DNA of 11,935 bases, from NCBI GenBank assembly GCA_051294375.1, contig JBJCIZ010001452.1:1-11935 (forward strand). The letters run 5' to 3'. The stretch is from Paraspadella gotoi. Its lineage: Eukaryota > Animalia > Chaetognatha. The notes beneath the pieces are model-generated. The model was not told the origin of the DNA and made no database searches. It worked only from the letters and a program-made list of their open reading frames with translations. Shown in pieces: positions 11,501 through 11,935 of the stretch; positions within the stretch are counted from its first letter, which is position 1; each line of letters opens with the position of its first letter. The position numbers and the translations under genes are program-made.

Positions 11501-11693
11501 AAAAACAAATGATACATCATCCTTTTATCAATTTTGTTTCCTCCATAACAATTCAACCTGGTTTCCATGATTTCGTCGATCTTCCCTTGCATCGAATTCC
11601 GCAATCGATCATTTCCTCCTCCAATTTTTCCCTCAGTTCGCTTTTCTCTTTGCTCAACTTTTCCAGTTGTTCCTCCAGCGCCTGACGTTGAGC
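4446..11693 (-). CDS. FAM184A: FAM184-family coiled-coil protein gene (FAM184A-like), 3' portion, about 17 exons; 5' end outside window; indel-rich sequence
   Basis: Exons are mostly GT-AG bounded and translate, in the expected order, into recognisable FAM184A segments: 'LRSELEAQHSEDK..WQQK', 'LAAAKLELER', 'AAENLRETQALVAEFNRAQDLLKDKISALQIA', 'DDKRxYQLELVNRETNFNRVFNxxPTVGVINP' and 'LEPLPESPxHD..NPAKPLP'. Several of these need single-base indel corrections. Splice phases match between the well-resolved exons. Recognition is from recalled family sequence. Confidence 0.9.
4719..4821. repeat. Imperfect (TTTA)n microsatellite
   Basis: Directly visible AT-only tract. Confidence 0.9.
4930..5228 (-). 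CDS. FAM184A: FAM184-like penultimate exon (KGNDRSSPSSR...TKLEPLPESPxHDExxNPAKPLPPTPYRPSP), boundaries approximate
   Basis: GC-rich block matching FAM184A 'KKNDKSPTNR' and 'RLDPIPNSPVHDIEFNSSKPLPQP'. The acceptor (..acgaag) is weak and the donor is ambiguous (GTTATT or GTAATG). Confidence 0.7.
5488..5492 (-). CDS. FAM184A: Putative 5-nt microexon (AAGAA)
   Basis: The minus strand reads tttactcttcag|AAGAA|gtaagt. It bridges phase 0 to phase 2 between the flanking exons. Confidence 0.6.
5677..5899 (-). CDS. FAM184A: FAM184-like exon with the conserved C-terminal motif (LREAEDRYFKRES...DDKRxYQLELVNRETNFNRVFNxxPTVGVINPxVK)
   Basis: tttctcag acceptor and AAG|GTGAGT donor. TAT CAA CTC GAA CTC GTG AAT CGG reads directly as YQLELVNR. 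Many indels surround it. Confidence 0.92.
6402..6496 (-). CDS. FAM184A: FAM184-like exon (AAENLRETQALVAEFNRAQDLLKDKISALQIA)
   Basis: 95 nt, open frame with no indels, ctttcag acceptor and GC|GTAAGC donor. Matches 'TADHLREKNIMRADFNKTNELLKEINAALQVS'. Confidence 0.92.
6791..6842 (-). CDS. FAM184A: FAM184-like exon (KMESRAVKDKQRSLDEQ)
   Basis: 52 nt, ttttacag acceptor and CAG|GTCTGC donor. Phase 2 in and phase 0 out fit both neighbouring exons. Confidence 0.85.
6862..6866 (-). terminator. Pol III oligo-T terminator of tRNA copy 1
   Basis: T5 begins 5 nt after the tRNA 3' end. Confidence 0.75.
6871..6988 (-). tRNA. tRNA-Leu(CAA) with a 34-nt intron (6917-6950), intact
   Basis: GTCAGGATGGCCGAGTGGTCTAAGGCGCCAGACTCAAG-[intron]-TTCTGGTCCGCGAATGCGGGCGTGGGTTCGAATCCCACTTCTGACA. 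Full cloverleaf, long variable arm, intact A and B boxes, intron at 37/38, anticodon at 6952-6954. Confidence 0.98.
7073..7155 (-). CDS. FAM184A: FAM184-like exon (DSQSLQRELESRDHEICKIKTENSNELR)
   Basis: 83 nt, open frame with no indels, caacag acceptor and AG|GTTCGG donor. Matches 'ISALTKELEFKGKEILRIRSESNQQIR'. Confidence 0.88.
7237..7336 (-). CDS. FAM184A: FAM184-like exon (EEEFETKLDELSTQIQRRDxSMEELRDHVEQMQQ)
   Basis: Long pyrimidine tract ending ctccccag, donor CAG|GTGCCG. One frameshift. Confidence 0.8.
7996..8181 (-). CDS. FAM184A: FAM184-like exon (..QAHAINLAAAKLELERALETSRQ), 5' boundary approximate
   Basis: Donor GG|GTAAGT. Matches FAM184A 'HHQELAAAKMELERSIDISRRQ'. Confidence 0.7.
8231..8313 (-). 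CDS. FAM184A: Probable short FAM184-like exon (IKTVVEGLEExLKxQHENALDALR), boundaries approximate
   Basis: GC-richer block between two ~50-60 nt AT-rich introns. The acceptor appears damaged (aatcg for aatcag). Confidence 0.45.
8377..8447 (-). CDS. FAM184A: Probable short FAM184-like exon (..MRDTHMNELI..)
   Basis: Acceptor ctttttcgtag and donor G|GTTATA flank a GC-richer block. The frame is uncertain. Confidence 0.5.
8483..8551. repeat. (CT)n/(GA)n microsatellite starting at a splice donor
   Basis: Directly visible; the minus strand reads GTGAGAGAGA... Confidence 0.95.
8554..8769 (-). CDS. FAM184A: FAM184-like exon (NSRLR..LQDSLAEATEKLK..EQLGALEATRRVKVKEIREEAR..EEDR)
   Basis: Acceptor ctttccccaccag, donor AGG|GTGAGA. 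E/K/R-rich, with frameshifts. Confidence 0.7.
8946..9096 (-). CDS. FAM184A: FAM184-like exon (TDMExLRSELEAQHSEDKMAALxQISSMKEQEVAAAQEGWQQKMSEVVEE)
   Basis: Acceptor tgttctag, donor GAG|GTGGGG. Close match to FAM184A 'KLREELRLQHEEDKKSAMSQLLQLKDREKNAARDSWQKKVEDLL' after indel correction. Confidence 0.85.
9303..9322 (-). terminator. Pol III terminator region of tRNA copy 2
   Basis: T4 (9319-9322) followed by T8 (9303-9310) downstream of the tRNA. Confidence 0.7.
9327..9439 (-). tRNA. tRNA-Leu(CAA) with a 30-nt intron (9373-9402); C32 missing (sequencing error or lesion)
   Basis: Exons are identical to copy 1 except CCAGA-TCAAG in place of CCAGACTCAAG. Confidence 0.92.
9772..9954 (-). CDS. FAM184A: FAM184-like exon (..LEQTRQDFDRARRMAEAIQAETGRLKATH..DKTKRDIEEAWxEKLR)
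   Basis: Acceptor ccttttccag, donor AG|GTGAGT. Several indels. Ends like FAM184A 'HDLEIKWTENLR'. Confidence 0.78.
10393..10538. repeat. ~54-bp tandem repeat, about 2.7 copies, spanning an exon 3' end and its donor
   Basis: Unit tttaccttttaacctaacgttggcctctctgaggccagtggtttaaatctttag at ~10393, ~10446 and ~10498. Degenerate partial copies at ~10306-10339 and ~10247-10270. Confidence 0.92.
10503..10642 (-). CDS. FAM184A: FAM184-like exon (LHVSAVTLEESTAEVACLNQQLxDTTKGLESAENxATGLREANVRLK)
   Basis: Preceded by a pyrimidine tract, acceptor read as ..catgag, donor AAG|GTAAAC. Resembles FAM184A 'EIGHLQDMVRKSEQGLGSAEGLIASLQDSQERLQ'. Confidence 0.72.
10979..11148 (-). CDS. FAM184A: FAM184-like exon (DKEKVEKEGKHKMEMERLNREW...LLEELLELKESSKKDKSLEDE)
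   Basis: Acceptor ccttccccctcaacag, donor GAG|GTGAGG. One extra base in a homopolymer run. Confidence 0.78.
11187..11241. repeat. (TGAA)n microsatellite
   Basis: About ten perfect units followed by degenerate ones; intronic. Confidence 0.95.
11558..11693 (-). CDS. FAM184A: FAM184-like exon (AQRQALEEQLEKLSKEKSELREKLEEEMxRLRNSMQGKIDEIMETR)
   Basis: Acceptor cttccag, donor AG|GTTGAA. Coiled-coil composition. One missing base is needed. The phase-2 end joins the next exon to make Arg. Confidence 0.75.
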
Positions 11694-11764
11694 CTGGAAG
11701 AAGTGACTTCAATGATTTGAAATATGATGTTTCCGATTCCGAAAAAAAACTGTCGTCTGTTTAC

Positions 11765-11772
11765 AAAAAAAA
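11765..11772 (-). terminator. Pol III oligo-T terminator of tRNA copy 3
   Basis: T8 begins 4 nt after the tRNA 3' end. Confidence 0.75.
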
Positions 11773-11775
11773 TTG

Positions 11776-11886
11776 TGTCAGGAGTGGGAATTTGAACCCA
11801 CGCCCACTTAAGTGGACCAGAATACTCGATCTCTTTGAGAAGCTAACGCTTGAGTCTGGCGCTTAGACCACTCGGCCCATCCTGAC
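11776..11886 (-). tRNA. tRNA-Leu(CAA) isodecoder with a 26-nt intron (11823-11848); three homopolymer indels
   Basis: GTCAGGATG(G)GCCGAGTGGTCTAAG-CGCCAGACTCAAG-[intron]-TTCTGGTCCACTTAAGTGGGCGTGGGTTCAAAT(T)CCCACTCCTGACA. Stems are maintained. Confidence 0.92.
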
Positions 11887-11935
11887 AAGATGATGAAGAA
11901 TCATGGGCTTTGGAGAATGGACACGTCAAAGTGAG

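Overview
Eukaryotic (animal-like) genomic DNA with GC-richer exons, AT-rich microsatellite-containing introns, and many single-base indels that look like long-read error. Positions ~4446-11693 on the minus strand hold the 3' part of a multi-exon FAM184-family coiled-coil gene (FAM184A-like). I rebuilt it exon by exon, and its 5' part lies beyond the window end. Three intron-containing tRNA-Leu(CAA) genes sit in three different introns of this gene, on the same strand and about 2.45 kb apart. The gene also has a probable 5-nt microexon and a 54-bp tandem repeat that copies an exon end together with its splice donor. Positions ~262-2790 hold exon-like blocks of a second, poorly resolved gene, probably on the minus strand and possibly a secreted laminin-G-domain protein. 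Most supplied ORFs are spurious or are exon fragments. Protein comparisons were made from memory of FAM184A, not from a database search. The organism cannot be assigned.
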